Source: Acidobacteriota bacterium (lineage in GTDB: Bacteria > Acidobacteriota > Blastocatellia > Pyrinomonadales > Pyrinomonadaceae). Taken from it: a DNA stretch of 64,000 bases. Below, in pieces: positions 36,701 through 46,021 of this stretch; the first letter of the stretch is position 1, and the number at the start of each line of letters is the position of its first letter. Position numbers and translations under genes: made by a program. The stretch is taken from positions 94,797 to 158,796 of the forward strand of contig JBGTSR010000013.1 in assembly GCA_041940165.1 (NCBI GenBank). Direction: 5' to 3'. Below the pieces are notes generated by a model. The model had not been told where the DNA came from. It ran no database searches and saw only the letters and a list, made by a program, of their open reading frames with translations.

Positions 36701-39700
36701 GGAACGTTAACGTTCGGAAGCACGGGTGACCAGAGCGGCACCGGCGAATTGCCGCTCAATCCACTCCTCAGCCCGCTCGCAAACAACGGTGGTCCGACGC
36801 AGACTCATGCTCTGCTCGCGGGCAGTCCGGCGATCGATAAGGGAAGCAATTCCGGTTCTGGCGTGACGACGGATCAGCGTGGTTTAACGCGTCCGCGTGA
36901 TCTGGTTGCGATCTCTAATGCATCCGGTGGCGACGGTTCGGACATCGGTGCGTTCGAAGAGCAGAACGAACCTGCCGCCACCCCGCCGACCGCCGTCGGT
37001 ACATCGCCCAACGTTACAACGTCCGGAGTGACATTGCAGACGGTGACCGTGACTTACTCTGACGATGTCGCCGTCGACGTCAGCACCCTCGGTACCGGCG
37101 ATATAACGGTCACGGGCCCTGCACCAACCGCGACGCCGACTTTTGTCAGCTTCAACCCCGGCGGTAACGGAACACCGCGAACCGCGACTTACACCTTCAC
37201 ACCAGTTACCGGCAGGTGGCGGTCTGCTTTCAACGGTACCTATAACATCGTCATGCAGGCGAATCAAGTCGCCGACACGTCGGGCAGCTTTGTCGCGGCG
37301 GGGACGATCGGTTCGTTCACTGTCAACGTGCCTTCGGCGAGAATTGGTGACTTCCTCTGGAGCGATAATGACGCGGACGGCGTCCAAGATGCGGGTGAGC
37401 CCGGGATCGTAGGGGCGTTAATATTTATCGATTCGAACGGGAACGGCGTATTCGATACCGGCGAACCTCAGTCGCAATCCAATTCGCAAGGACTGTACGC
37501 TTTTTCCGACCTCGATCCGGGAAATTACTCCATCCGAGTTAGGACGGTTCCCGCCGGGTTTGTAGCAACGACGGCTGGTGTCCTTAACTTTGTAATTAGC
37601 ACACCGACGCAGATCGTCGACACCGCCGATTTTGGCTTCAGGCTCGTGGTTACCGACCTCTCGGATTCCAGTTCGGGCAGCCTCCGCCAAGCGATACTGA
37701 CCGCCAACGCAAACACTGCCACCGGCGCCGAAGTCATCAGTTTCCAGGCGGGATTGACGGGCACGATCACGCTGACGACCGGCGAAGTCGTGATCGACGG
37801 CAGCATGACCATCAACGGCCCGGGGGCAGGCGTAATAACGGTTTCGGGCAACAATGCAAGCCGCATTTTCCAATTCAACCTCGGTCATACGGTAAGCCTG
37901 GTTGGTTTAACACTGACAGGGGGAAATGGTACCGGCGGAGGCAACGTATCCGGCGGAGCGATCCGAAATAACGCAACCACGACGATATCGAGCGTCGTCA
38001 TTACCGGCAATTCCGCAGTCACAGGCGGTGGAATATCCAGCGGAGGTACGATGACCATTTCGAATAGTTTGATTGCCAATAACTCCGCTGATAACGGCGG
38101 CGGGCTTTTCAGTCAGGAAACTCTTACGATCACAAATTCGACAATCACGGGCAACACCGCCAACTTCCAGGGCGGCGCAATGAATTTACAGAGAAGCAGC
38201 GCGACGTTGATCAATTCGACGATCAGTGGAAATACCGCGAATAGCACGACTTTCCCGGGAGCGATACAGTTTTTTACGACGACCGGAACACGGACTTTGC
38301 AGGTGGTTAATTGCACTGTCGCGAACAACATGACTGGGACACCGAATACCGTTGGCGGAATTTTGGTTACCGGACAAGGAGCCGGCGTCTCCGCGACGGC
38401 CACACTCCGCAACTCGATCATCGCAAACAACGGCCCTATAAACTTGCTTACAACCAGCACAAGCGGAGGAACGGGAACGATAACGTCGCAGGGCTATAAT
38501 CTGGCCAGTGACAATGGAGCAGGTTTTCTTACCGGAACCGGCGATCAAATAAACACCAACCCACTCCTCGGCCCGCTCGCAGACAATGGCGGCCCTACGC
38601 AGACCCATGCTTTGCTCGCCGGCAGTCCGGCGATCGATAAGGGGAGCAATGCGGGTTCGGGAGTGAACACCGATCAACGTGGGTTTCTACGGCCACGCGA
38701 TCTGAATGCGATCTCCAACGCGGTCGAGGGCGACGGCTCTGACATCGGTGCATTCGAAGAGCAGAATGAACCCGCCCCGACGCCGACTCCAACACCAACG
38801 CCGACAGCGACACCAACGCCGACGGCAACACCGACGCCTACGGCCACGCCAACGCCAACGCCAACGGCTATACCAACACCATCGCCGACGCCGACAGCGA
38901 CACCAACACCTACGCCAACGCCGACCGCAACACTAACGCCAACACCAACACCTACGCCGCCACCGGCGAATATTGTAGTTACGAATACAAACGACAGCGG
39001 CCCGGGCAGTTTGCGGCAGGCGATTGTTGATGTTGCTGCGGGCGGGACAATTACGTTTTCATCGTTGTTCAGCGGGCCGGAACAGATAAACGAACCCGAC
39101 GCTCCGCAGACGATCACGCTGACGAGCGGCGAGTTGTTCATAGATAAATCGATGACGATAACCGGGCCGGGTGCAAATCTGTTGACTATTTCGGGTAACA
39201 ACGCGTCGCGGGTATTCAGGATAAACACCGTAACGGTGGCTTTGAGCGGTTTGACGATCACGGGCGGGAACGTCGTCGGCGGCAACGGCGGCGGCGGCAT
39301 CTTCAATTTCGGGAGTCTAACGCTGAGCAACGCGGTCGTTACCCAGAATCAAACAACCAACCGTGCCGGTGGCGGAATTAACCAGTTTGCCGCTGGCAAT
39401 CTAACGATCATCGACTCGACCATTTCAGGCAATACGGCTACAGATGATGGCGGCGGGATACTCTTTAACAATCCCGCAGGCAGTTTTACGGTGACGAATT
39501 CGACCATTAGCGGAAATACCGTGACTTCCAATGGTCAGGGCGGCGGTATTTGGGTCGCAGCCGGAGCCGCGAGTATTACAAATTCAACGATCACGAATAA
39601 TTCAGTTGCGGGATCTGTAAGCACGAGTGGACTCTATCGAAACGCAGGTGCTGTAACTCTTCGCAACAGTATCGTGGCCGGCAATCAGTCCAACTCGGCA

Positions 39701-40303
39701 AAGCCAGATGTGGGCGCCAACGGCGGAACGGGCGTCACCTCAAACGGCTACAACCTGATCGGCAATCCGGGCTCTCTCGCCGTCTTCAACCAGACAGGCG
39801 ACCAAACAGGCAACGGGCCCACACCGCGCGATCCACTCCTCGGCCCGTTGCAAAACAACGGCGGATCGACGCCGACCCACGCTTTGCAAGCCGGAAGTCC
39901 GGCGATCGACGGTGGCAATAGTTCTGGTTCGATCAACGATCAACGCGGCCTCGGATTCTTGCGTGTCGTCGATCTGCTGGCTCCTAACGCCGCTGGCGGT
40001 GACGGTGCGGACATTGGCGCGTTCGAACTGCAAACCGAGCCGCCGCCGGCGACTGCGTCGATCAACGGCCGCGTGCTCACCCCGACGGGCGCCGCGGTAA
40101 GAAATACGCGCGTCAACCTGATCGATCCGCAGGGATTCGTGCGGGTCGCGACTTCGAGCAGCTTTGGAGTGTTCAACTTTACAAATCTGCCGACCGGCCA
40201 GACGTATCTGATAACCGTGACATCGAAACGATTCCGCTTTTCGCCGCGAAACGTTGTGCTAAACGCTGATGTCACCGGGCTCGATCTGTTTGGGCTGGAA
40301 TAG
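33791..40303 (+). CDS. giant (2170 aa) surface/secreted beta-helix repeat protein
   Basis: GGGAGA RBS and an N-terminal TM/signal anchor. Four modules (about 34010-35030, 35822-36965, 37640-38765, 38969-40035) each start with [11 protein letters not shown](L/V)D and end with [19 protein letters not shown]...GDG.DIGAFE. The interior is made of NxTISGN-type beta-helix turns. Also present: a PPC-like domain, a duplicated Ig-like domain, an SdrD-B-like domain, a PT linker, and a CarboxypepD_reg-like C-terminus. Confidence 0.9.
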   Translation: MPKRRVRIVLPLLSRTALVAILLAIAVVAVYLSPLRTQIVAAFAREVIGQEARVLPHQEPTPPRSENGEDRPEATFTVSNTNDSGPGSLRQAILDANAAAGADTINITTTGTINLASALPDVTQSTTITGPGSNSLTIRRNTGGDYRVLGFSGANTSSISGVTISNGNVTGDGGGIFSSQTLTITNCTISGNTATGFGGGIENAGTLTVDRSTISGNTSLINQSGGGIDNLGTLTVRSSTISGNSATSVNTGGGIFSFGGTVSIVNSTITNNQSNATGGAGGVKAENTTVTIKNSIVAANQSNTTIPDTSTAGSGSFVSNGFNLIGNRGAVTFGGTSDQSGTSTPLNPLLSALGNNGDTTQTHALLGGSPALDKGSNAGSGVATDQTGFTRTVDLGIANASGGDGTDIGAVEMASIPNCTQTPGAISFGQTINGTLAAGDCHFNVVAPATAGNSGALYDAYTFSGTAGQQVAIAMTSPAGPANFDTVLRLYQGSFPGGTFVTENDDIDGGNNRNSRIPVNGFFTLPSTATYTIIANAFFVEPTGAGIYSLNLTLGDSTAPTASGTAPNVTTAGATLHTATVVYTDNVAINASTVGIGDIRITGPNGFDVATDFQNVTPGGNGTPRTANYPFPVPGGWTFAKNGTYNIVMQTNQVADTSGNFVAAGTIGTFTVNIPASPQTFIVTNLNNDGPGSLRQAILDANANSPAADTINFQAGLNGTILLTTGELVITDGVTINGPGASVVTVSGGNASRIFRTVGGVTASMNGLTLTAGNGVGGFVNNAGSAILNQGILNISNAVLTGNNAPSSAGTINSLGTLTLTNSTISNNSTAFAGGAIFSLGGNITIVSSAVTTNTTNGLSGGSTSGGIAVRGGSLTIRNSTISGNTAPNNDQNGGGIRVDDNSNLTIINSTVTNNSAAGVSSASGISVDATSTATIRNTIVAGNQNSSTQPDVVAAGTVTSNGFNLIGNRGTLTFGSTGDQSGTGELPLNPLLSPLANNGGPTQTHALLAGSPAIDKGSNSGSGVTTDQRGLTRPRDLVAISNASGGDGSDIGAFEEQNEPAATPPTAVGTSPNVTTSGVTLQTVTVTYSDDVAVDVSTLGTGDITVTGPAPTATPTFVSFNPGGNGTPRTATYTFTPVTGRWRSAFNGTYNIVMQANQVADTSGSFVAAGTIGSFTVNVPSARIGDFLWSDNDADGVQDAGEPGIVGALIFIDSNGNGVFDTGEPQSQSNSQGLYAFSDLDPGNYSIRVRTVPAGFVATTAGVLNFVISTPTQIVDTADFGFRLVVTDLSDSSSGSLRQAILTANANTATGAEVISFQAGLTGTITLTTGEVVIDGSMTINGPGAGVITVSGNNASRIFQFNLGHTVSLVGLTLTGGNGTGGGNVSGGAIRNNATTTISSVVITGNSAVTGGGISSGGTMTISNSLIANNSADNGGGLFSQETLTITNSTITGNTANFQGGAMNLQRSSATLINSTISGNTANSTTFPGAIQFFTTTGTRTLQVVNCTVANNMTGTPNTVGGILVTGQGAGVSATATLRNSIIANNGPINLLTTSTSGGTGTITSQGYNLASDNGAGFLTGTGDQINTNPLLGPLADNGGPTQTHALLAGSPAIDKGSNAGSGVNTDQRGFLRPRDLNAISNAVEGDGSDIGAFEEQNEPAPTPTPTPTPTATPTPTATPTPTATPTPTPTAIPTPSPTPTATPTPTPTPTATLTPTPTPTPPPANIVVTNTNDSGPGSLRQAIVDVAAGGTITFSSLFSGPEQINEPDAPQTITLTSGELFIDKSMTITGPGANLLTISGNNASRVFRINTVTVALSGLTITGGNVVGGNGGGGIFNFGSLTLSNAVVTQNQTTNRAGGGINQFAAGNLTIIDSTISGNTATDDGGGILFNNPAGSFTVTNSTISGNTVTSNGQGGGIWVAAGAASITNSTITNNSVAGSVSTSGLYRNAGAVTLRNSIVAGNQSNSAKPDVGANGGTGVTSNGYNLIGNPGSLAVFNQTGDQTGNGPTPRDPLLGPLQNNGGSTPTHALQAGSPAIDGGNSSGSINDQRGLGFLRVVDLLAPNAAGGDGADIGAFELQTEPPPATASINGRVLTPTGAAVRNTRVNLIDPQGFVRVATSSSFGVFNFTNLPTGQTYLITVTSKRFRFSPRNVVLNADVTGLDLFGLE
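38774..38968 (+). repeat. Pro-Thr(Ala) linker encoded by near-periodic ACN-CCN repeats inside the giant gene
   Basis: Translates to [63 protein letters not shown]. The DNA is a 6-nt quasi-repeat. Confidence 0.9.
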
Positions 40304-40340
40304 TGACTCGACGAGCCATGCGGCTCCAGCCATCTACCGG

Positions 40341-42041
40341 CTAGCCTTCGATCTTGGAATCCACGATCGCGAGGATCTCTTGTTCGTGCCTGATCGCTTC
40401 GTCGCGGATAGTCTCCGCTTTTCGAAGCATATTGGCGGCGAATGCCTTGTCTTTCAAGCCCGCGGCGTTGATCTTGACGTTGAGGAACGCTCCAAGGACA
40501 GATGATCGGGCACAGAGGGCTCCGACGCCTGCGTCTGAAACGGAATTCGGGTTTCCCTCTTCGGCCATCGCCCTGATGACCTCGAACGACGCGAGAGCCG
40601 CTTCCATTGTGCGGAATGGCACTTCGGTGGCATAACGTGTAGCGGCCTGAATTGCATCCGTTCGAGCGGCTTTTTCTTCCTCGGTGCCTTTGGGCAAGCC
40701 GAATGCGTCCATCACGCGGTTGAATGAGTCGGTGTCCTCATCAACGAGGGCGAGCAGTTCGTTCTTGAGTTCCTGAGCTCGCACCGCGTGGTCGGAGAAC
40801 TCTTCCCAACGCTCATCCCAACCGGCTTTGTGCGCCGAGAGATTGGCGACCATCGCCGCAAGTGCGGCACCTAGCGCTCCAAGATAGGCCGATATCGAAC
40901 CGCCGCCCGGGGCGGGCGATTCAGACGCCGTTTCGTCGGCAAACTCGCGGCCGGTGAGGTCGATCAGGCGTTTGGGGGCAGAATCGGCTTCGAGTACGTA
41001 CTCGATGATCTTTTCGTTGGGAATAAAGGGCTTAAGGTCGTCGAGCCCCATCGATTTAATGGCGATCTTGACGATCTCAGACTCTGTGATCCCGATCGAT
41101 CTCCCCTGTTTGGCGAGATAATGCTTACCCGCATCGATGATGGCTTTCTTAGGCACGAGCCCGACGATCTCGAGTCCGGTCACACGAATTCCGCGCGCTC
41201 TCGCCTTTTCACTCACCTCGTCGAACGCAATGTGCAGCGGTGTTTGCGAGAGATTGGTGATATTCATCGACACCTGCGCGATGCCGTACTCGTCGATGTA
41301 CCAGCCGATCGCTTTCGTGCCTTTGAGCGTGCCCGGGATGAGAACTGGCTCGCCGTTCTCGTCGAGGACAGGCTTGCCGGTGATCGGGTTTCCTTCGCGT
41401 TTGACGCGGCCTTTTTCGCGAACGTCGAATGCAACTGCATTCGCACGGCGGGTAGATGTAGTGTTGAGATTGAAATTAACGGCTATCAGGAAATCGCGGG
41501 CCCCGACGGCAGTCGCTCCGGAACGAGCGACGCTTTCGGTGAATTGACTTGGGCCGAAATCGGGCCGCCATTCGGAGCTCGCGATCTTGTCTTTCAGGCC
41601 TTCGTATTCGCCCGCACGGCAGTTTGCTAGGTTTCGACGTTTCTCCTCGCCAGCAGCGTTTTCGTACAGGTAGATGGGAATTTGAAGCTCGTCGCCGATG
41701 CGTTTACCAAGCTGACGGGCGTATTCGGCCGTTTCCTCCATCGAAACGCCCGCGATCGGGACGAGAGGCAGCACATCGGTCGCCCCAAAACGCGGATGGT
41801 CGCCTCTGTGGCGACGCATGTCGATCACTTCCTGAGCTTTCTTAACGGCCTGGAACGCGGCCTCGACCACAGCTTCCGGTTCGCCAACGAACGTGACGAC
41901 AGTCCGATTGGTCGTAAAACCGGGATCGACATCGAGCAGTTTGACGCCTTCGACACGTTCGATAACGTCCGTGATCTGCTTGATGACGGACATATCGCGT
42001 CCCTCACTAAAGTTCGGAACGCATTCGATAAGTCGTTTCAT
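40341..42041 (-). CDS. ftcD: bifunctional glutamate formimidoyltransferase / formimidoyltetrahydrofolate cyclodeaminase
   Basis: The N-terminus LIECVPNFSEGRD is the formimidoyltransferase signature. The C-terminal ~200 aa is an all-helical cyclodeaminase-like domain (SPAPGGGS...). Confidence 0.9.
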   Translation of the reverse strand: MKRLIECVPNFSEGRDMSVIKQITDVIERVEGVKLLDVDPGFTTNRTVVTFVGEPEAVVEAAFQAVKKAQEVIDMRRHRGDHPRFGATDVLPLVPIAGVSMEETAEYARQLGKRIGDELQIPIYLYENAAGEEKRRNLANCRAGEYEGLKDKIASSEWRPDFGPSQFTESVARSGATAVGARDFLIAVNFNLNTTSTRRANAVAFDVREKGRVKREGNPITGKPVLDENGEPVLIPGTLKGTKAIGWYIDEYGIAQVSMNITNLSQTPLHIAFDEVSEKARARGIRVTGLEIVGLVPKKAIIDAGKHYLAKQGRSIGITESEIVKIAIKSMGLDDLKPFIPNEKIIEYVLEADSAPKRLIDLTGREFADETASESPAPGGGSISAYLGALGAALAAMVANLSAHKAGWDERWEEFSDHAVRAQELKNELLALVDEDTDSFNRVMDAFGLPKGTEEEKAARTDAIQAATRYATEVPFRTMEAALASFEVIRAMAEEGNPNSVSDAGVGALCARSSVLGAFLNVKINAAGLKDKAFAANMLRKAETIRDEAIRHEQEILAIVDSKIEG

Positions 42042-42071
42042 TACTTGTTTTAGATAATATTAGCTGAGACT

Positions 42072-42821
42072 TTACGTGACAGCTCCGCCGTCGACGATGA
42101 CGATCTCGCCGCTCATAAAGCTGTTGCGGTCGCTCGACATAAACGCGGCGATCTCAGCGAGTTCATGCGGCTGGCCCTGGCGGCCTTTGGCGACCCAATG
42201 GTCGTGGATCGCGAGCAGGCGTTCGGGCAGGGTGTGCCCAAGGTCGGTGTCAAAAATACCCGCCGCGATCGCGTTCACCGAGATGCCGAAATTAGCAGCT
42301 TCCCGCGAAAGACACTTGGTAAATCCGATCATCGCCGCTTTCGAAGTCGCATAGTGAACCGATGTTGGCAAGCTGCGTATCGCCCCGACCGAGGTGATAT
42401 TCACGATCGAACCGCCACGCGCACGGATCATCTGCTTATAAAAGGGTTTCGTGACCGCAAAAAGGCTATTGACGTTGGTATCAACTACCCAATCCCAGCT
42501 TTTGTCGGTCGTCGTTGCGAAATTGTCGCCTTTGTTGACCGCGGCGTTGTTCACGAGAACGTTTACCGGCCCCCACGCGTCCATTATCTCGCGGGCGATG
42601 TGCTTCATACCGTAGCGGTCCGTGACCGAGACCTTGTAGCTCAAGGCACGTCGGCCATGGGCCTCGATCTTTGCCCGCACCTGATCGGCGAGATCGTCGC
42701 TCGAGTGATAGTTGAACGCTACATCTGCGCCTTCGCGGGCAAAGACCTCGCAAATCGCTGCCCCGATGCCGCGCGTGCCGCCCGATACGAACGCACGTTT
42801 TCCTTCTAGTAAAAGGCTCAA
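42072..42821 (-). CDS. SDR-family oxidoreductase (FabG-like)
   Basis: GGTRGIG cofactor motif, NNAA, and catalytic YATSK. Confidence 0.9.
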   Translation of the reverse strand: MSLLLEGKRAFVSGGTRGIGAAICEVFAREGADVAFNYHSSDDLADQVRAKIEAHGRRALSYKVSVTDRYGMKHIAREIMDAWGPVNVLVNNAAVNKGDNFATTTDKSWDWVVDTNVNSLFAVTKPFYKQMIRARGGSIVNITSVGAIRSLPTSVHYATSKAAMIGFTKCLSREAANFGISVNAIAAGIFDTDLGHTLPERLLAIHDHWVAKGRQGQPHELAEIAAFMSSDRNSFMSGEIVIVDGGAVT

Positions 42822-42908
42822 GTTCTTAGACTTCTCCGTCGTTAGGGATCCAAAAGGAAAGGTTAAATAAAACCGAAGTAAGTAACAAGTCGCTGGAATT
42901 GAAAAGCG

Positions 42909-44087
42909 TCAGGCCGCGACCCGTTCCGCAGTGAAAGGATATGGCAAAATGGCGTTGATCTCACGAATTATCTGATCGGTGGAATTTGGCATCGTCATGC
43001 CTATCGTCGCCTCCTTCATTCGGAAATAGCGCTCGCGGTCGGCCACCAGATCCCGAAGCGTCGGTACGATATCGGTACTTCGGTGAAGCAAAATACCGGC
43101 TCCGCGTTTTTCGAGAAGCTTTACTGTTCCGGCTTCCTGCGGCATCGGAGGCGTTGTCGCGTCGGCTATGATCGGCAGACGGCATGCCAGGGCCTCGAAC
43201 GTAGTGAGGCCGCCGAGTTTCGATACCATAACGTTTGCCGAGTGCATCAGGCGTTCGATCTCGTCCGAATAACCGATGACCTTGACCGGGAATTTCGCCT
43301 GGCTCGCGAGTGTCTCGGCTTCGATTCGAAGCTGCTCATTTTTTCCTGCAAGAAAGATCGCTTGAACATCCAATTCTCCGCGAATCAACTCGCGGAAGAT
43401 CTGCGGAATATTGCCGCCGCCGACCCAACCCGCGTTCAAAAACACCGTGAACTTGTCGGGGTCGAGGCCGTAGAAGCGGCGTGCCTCCTGGGCATCTTGC
43501 TCCTCGACCTCGCGGAACTTGGGATTGACCGGCATGCCCGAGATCTTTATCTTTTCCGGCGAAACGCCGTAATCGAGTAGCTGCTCACGCGCATCTTCGT
43601 TGGCGACTAGATAAAGCGAAACATCATCACACGCCCAGCCTTTCCAAAAGCCGTAACATGGATCAGTTACAACAGTTACGAGCGGAACCTGATCGGTAAG
43701 ATTAAGTTCTCGAAGGATGCGTGCAAAGATATGCTGAGTCAGCGGATGAACGCTGACGACCACGTGCGGGCACCATTTTTCGAACTGATCGCGGATGTAT
43801 CCGGTACACCGCTTCATGAAAAACTCCCGCGTCTCGGGCCTGATCTTGTTCACCGTCCAATACAGGAATTTCATCCAGTGCTGACGGTTTGTGAGAACCC
43901 AGTTATAAAGACGTACGAGTTTGTCGGTGATGTGATGCGAATCTTCGACGCCCTTGATGATCTTCACGACCGACGAATCGCTGCTCCAGACACGCTGAAA
44001 CCCATCCGCGATCGCCTGGGCGGCCGAGCGATGCCCGCCACCGGTGTCAGATGAGATGATCAGGATCTTTGGAGTGTTAGGCTGCAT
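42909..44087 (-). CDS. MGDG-synthase/UgtP-like (GT28-type) diacylglycerol glycosyltransferase
   Basis: N-terminal ILIISSDTGGGHRSAAQAI, VTVVTDP, and the C-terminal GT-B motif ...SKLGGLTTFEALACRLPII...QE. Confidence 0.85.
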   Translation of the reverse strand: MQPNTPKILIISSDTGGGHRSAAQAIADGFQRVWSSDSSVVKIIKGVEDSHHITDKLVRLYNWVLTNRQHWMKFLYWTVNKIRPETREFFMKRCTGYIRDQFEKWCPHVVVSVHPLTQHIFARILRELNLTDQVPLVTVVTDPCYGFWKGWACDDVSLYLVANEDAREQLLDYGVSPEKIKISGMPVNPKFREVEEQDAQEARRFYGLDPDKFTVFLNAGWVGGGNIPQIFRELIRGELDVQAIFLAGKNEQLRIEAETLASQAKFPVKVIGYSDEIERLMHSANVMVSKLGGLTTFEALACRLPIIADATTPPMPQEAGTVKLLEKRGAGILLHRSTDIVPTLRDLVADRERYFRMKEATIGMTMPNSTDQIIREINAILPYPFTAERVAA

Positions 44088-44092
44088 CCTAT

Positions 44093-44314
44093 CTAGTCAA
44101 GCGGTTTTGGCGGCCTCGCCTTACAGTAAGCACATTCTGGGTCGCCGCAAGCACGCTCAAGCCATTCATTGCATTCCGCACAAAAGAATGCGTCATGCTC
44201 GTCGGAATATATCCGTGGGTTTGTACAACGGGAACAGACTTCATCGTCGATAAATCCATCGTACTCCTGGCCGTCGATGCGTACGGTTCCCTCATCCTCT
44301 CGTACTATCGGCAC
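44093..44314 (-). CDS. small Cys-rich zinc-ribbon-like protein (73 aa)
   Basis: Seven Cys arranged as CxxC-x14-CxxC-x7-C-x4-C-x2-C. The stop is 5 nt upstream of the glycosyltransferase ATG. The only available start is GTG and there is no clear SD, so confidence is moderate. Confidence 0.55.
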   Translation of the reverse strand: MPIVREDEGTVRIDGQEYDGFIDDEVCSRCTNPRIYSDEHDAFFCAECNEWLERACGDPECAYCKARPPKPLD

Positions 44315-44561
44315 GATGTTTTGGTGTGGTGGGATTTCAACCCACTTGCGGCTCTTTCACTCACAATTTTTCGGATTTAAACACCGGCGTATCAGCGCTC
44401 TATTATTCGCCGGATCGTGAGCTAAGTCTTCTGAAGAGCTGTTCGGTATATCTCCGCTGGGTTACGCGTCCCATCGAGCTCGCTGACTTCATTTCAGGCA
44501 TGCTTGCCCACCTCTCACTCATGCGGTTCGCACCCGCTGCACACCAAAGCTAATTTTGCTT

Positions 44562-45722
44562 CTAAGCTTTCAGAGCAACTTCCCTTCCCGTTACGAAGCC
44601 GGCCGATTTTGCGGCCTTTTTCATCTGTTTTTCGAGCTTCTTTATCTTGACGAGATGCCCGGCGTTGAACGGCAGCGACGGATAGAAGCAGTTCGACTCG
44701 TGGGTGCAGTAACAGCCGTCGGCGACCTCTTTGCGGCGTTCTTTCATCAAGTCAGACTTCCACGCGGCCTGAAAATCCCACTCGAAGTCACGCAGATTGA
44801 GCACGTCTTCCTTGTTCTCGCAGGACGAAAGTGCCCCGTTGTCATAGATCACGGCCCCTGCCGAGCCGGCGTAGCATTTGAGCTGAGCCTTTTCCTCTTC
44901 CTTGGTCTTGGCGATGACGTCGTGCATGTAGATGTCGACCGCCGCTTTGAAGAAACCGCTGTCGCCGCCGTAATTATTCTTGAGAGCGGCGCTCTTCGTG
45001 TCCTCGAGGATCATGTTCGAGAGTTGCTGATAGCGACGATGGTCGAATTCCAGCTCGATCGGGTCGGCGGACGGAGGCCTGATGTAATTAATATTTACCT
45101 TGTCCGGTTTCAAGTCGTGCTTGAGGAAGTCGTACCAGTCGAAGATCGTCTCTTCGTTCGAATGCATCACGCAGGTGCACGTCTGAATATCGAGTCGCGG
45201 ATACTGCTCTTTCTTCATCTGCTGGAGCGTGCGGGCCGTGTGGATCGCCTTGTCCCAGCTTCCCTCTTTGCGGCGGATCTTTTCGTGGGCGTCCTTCATC
45301 CCGTCAATGCCGAGGGCGACCGAAACGTTCAGGTTCGGGCATTCGTCCATGATGCGGGCGACGTCTGGGAAAATTCGCGGATGGATCTGGCCGTTCGACA
45401 TCAAATAAACGCTGTCGAGCTTGTTGTTTTCGTAAAACGCACGAACGATCTCGGGCAGGTCTTTGCGCGTGAATGGCTCGCCGCCGGCGAGCACGAGCAC
45501 GCCGAGATTCCCGCCCAGAGTCTCAGAGATACGGGCGATCTCGTCGGTTTTCATCTGCAGCTTCTTACGCGGCCGATCATCCAGCTCCTCCGTAAAAAAG
45601 CAGTGCGTGCAACGCATATCACACACACTCGTGACCAGAATATTCAGAAACACCGGCGATATCGGCTTCCCGATCAAAATACTCGCCCAGCGCTTAAAGA
45701 CCTCTTTTGTAGCAAAATCCAT
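44562..45722 (-). CDS. radical SAM enzyme with a SPASM/twitch-like C-terminal cysteine motif
   Basis: CDMRCTHC (CxxxCxxC) near the N-terminus. C-terminal C-x12-G-x4-C ... CxCx5C. Start set at ATG 45722, preceded by an AGGTGA RBS. Confidence 0.85.
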   Translation of the reverse strand: MDFATKEVFKRWASILIGKPISPVFLNILVTSVCDMRCTHCFFTEELDDRPRKKLQMKTDEIARISETLGGNLGVLVLAGGEPFTRKDLPEIVRAFYENNKLDSVYLMSNGQIHPRIFPDVARIMDECPNLNVSVALGIDGMKDAHEKIRRKEGSWDKAIHTARTLQQMKKEQYPRLDIQTCTCVMHSNEETIFDWYDFLKHDLKPDKVNINYIRPPSADPIELEFDHRRYQQLSNMILEDTKSAALKNNYGGDSGFFKAAVDIYMHDVIAKTKEEEKAQLKCYAGSAGAVIYDNGALSSCENKEDVLNLRDFEWDFQAAWKSDLMKERRKEVADGCYCTHESNCFYPSLPFNAGHLVKIKKLEKQMKKAAKSAGFVTGREVALKA

Positions 45723-45897
45723 TATTCTCACCTGTCCGATCTGCGAACGCACGATAAGATGCACCCGCACTTCTCCAAGTTACACATTACTTTATCGGCA
45801 GGGTTTTGGAAAGCGAGAGGATTCGACGTTCAAGACCGCCTACATTGGCGGAAAACCGCTTATCCAAAACATTTCTTGGAAAAGGTCGCGAAAACGG

Positions 45898-45926
45898 TTG
45901 ATAAACATTTTTTATCGTGCTATAAG
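45898..45926 (+). promoter_or_regulatory. candidate sigma70 promoter of the M43 peptidase gene
   Basis: TTGATA (45898-45903), 17 nt, TATAAG (45921-45926). An AAGGAG RBS lies at 46009-46014. Confidence 0.4.
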
Positions 45927-46021
45927 CTATCCGTTCGAATTGCTTTCCTGGCCGTGCCGACCCCGACTCGCGCCACTGAATTCTTACAAAAACGAAACCA
46001 AAAAATTCAAGGAGTGAGGAT

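Noticed and set aside
38774-38968. Possible CRISPR array or other spaced-repeat array, suggested by the periodic DNA.
   Set aside because: The period is 6 nt with no repeat-spacer structure, it lies in frame inside a long ORF, and it encodes a Pro-Thr linker.
44400-44522. 41-codon ATG ORF (MSERWASMPEMKSASSMGRVTQRRYTEQLFRRLSSRSGE) in the gap directly downstream of the radical SAM gene, considered as a possible RiPP precursor.
   Set aside because: It has no Cys, no recognisable leader or core features and no RBS, and it is short enough to arise by chance. It is worth checking only if the rSAM clusters with peptide maturases.
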